From positions 58,710,029-58,774,028 of the forward strand of contig NC_068982.1 of the NCBI RefSeq assembly GCF_001194135.2: a stretch of 64,000 nt of DNA, read 5' to 3'. Below, in pieces: positions 63,851 through 64,000 of the stretch (position 1 is its first letter; the number at the start of each line of letters is the position of its first letter). Below the pieces are notes generated by a model that had not been told where the DNA came from, searched no databases, and saw nothing but the letters and a program-made list of their open reading frames with translations. Origin of the DNA: Octopus bimaculoides (taxonomy: Eukaryota). Made by a program: the position numbers and the translations under genes.

Positions 63851-64000
63851 CATGGCTCTCCGTCAGTTACGACGACGAGGGTTTCAGTTGATCCGATCAG
63901 CGGAACAGCTTACTTGTCAAATTAACGTGCAAGTGGTTGAACATACCACAGACATGTGTACTCTTAATGTAGTTCTCGGGGATATTCAACGTGACACGTT
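63851..64000 (-). mobile_element. Tail type D fragment running off the window end
   Basis: GACGACGAGGGTTTCAGTTGATCCGATCAG...AATTAACGTGCAAGTGG. Confidence 0.75.

Overview
Repeat-saturated eukaryotic DNA with about 18% N-gaps, almost all flanked by (TA)n or (CA)n microsatellites. No intact protein-coding gene, structural RNA gene or CRISPR array can be supported. The microsatellite density and three recurring tRNA-headed SINE families (called A, B and C here) suggest a cephalopod (Octopus-like) short-read assembly; this is inference. Transposon relics: a decayed mariner transposase (8358-8941, minus), two Penelope-like GIY-YIG C-terminal fragments (one nested inside the mariner), and several MITEs with readable TIRs or TSDs. 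The most interesting signals are two short microsatellite-embedded repeats carrying minimal type-I hammerhead-ribozyme motifs (54654-54690 plus, with an atypical CUGUUGA core; 48302-48347 minus), local inverted duplications that copy flanking SINE DNA, a 545-bp MITE with a 9-bp TSD whose TIRs each carry an octamer+CCAAT pair, a ~140-bp-arm foldback and a 77-nt near-perfect hairpin. Nearly all ORFs in the supplied track are artefacts of N-runs or microsatellites. All alignments were made by eye.
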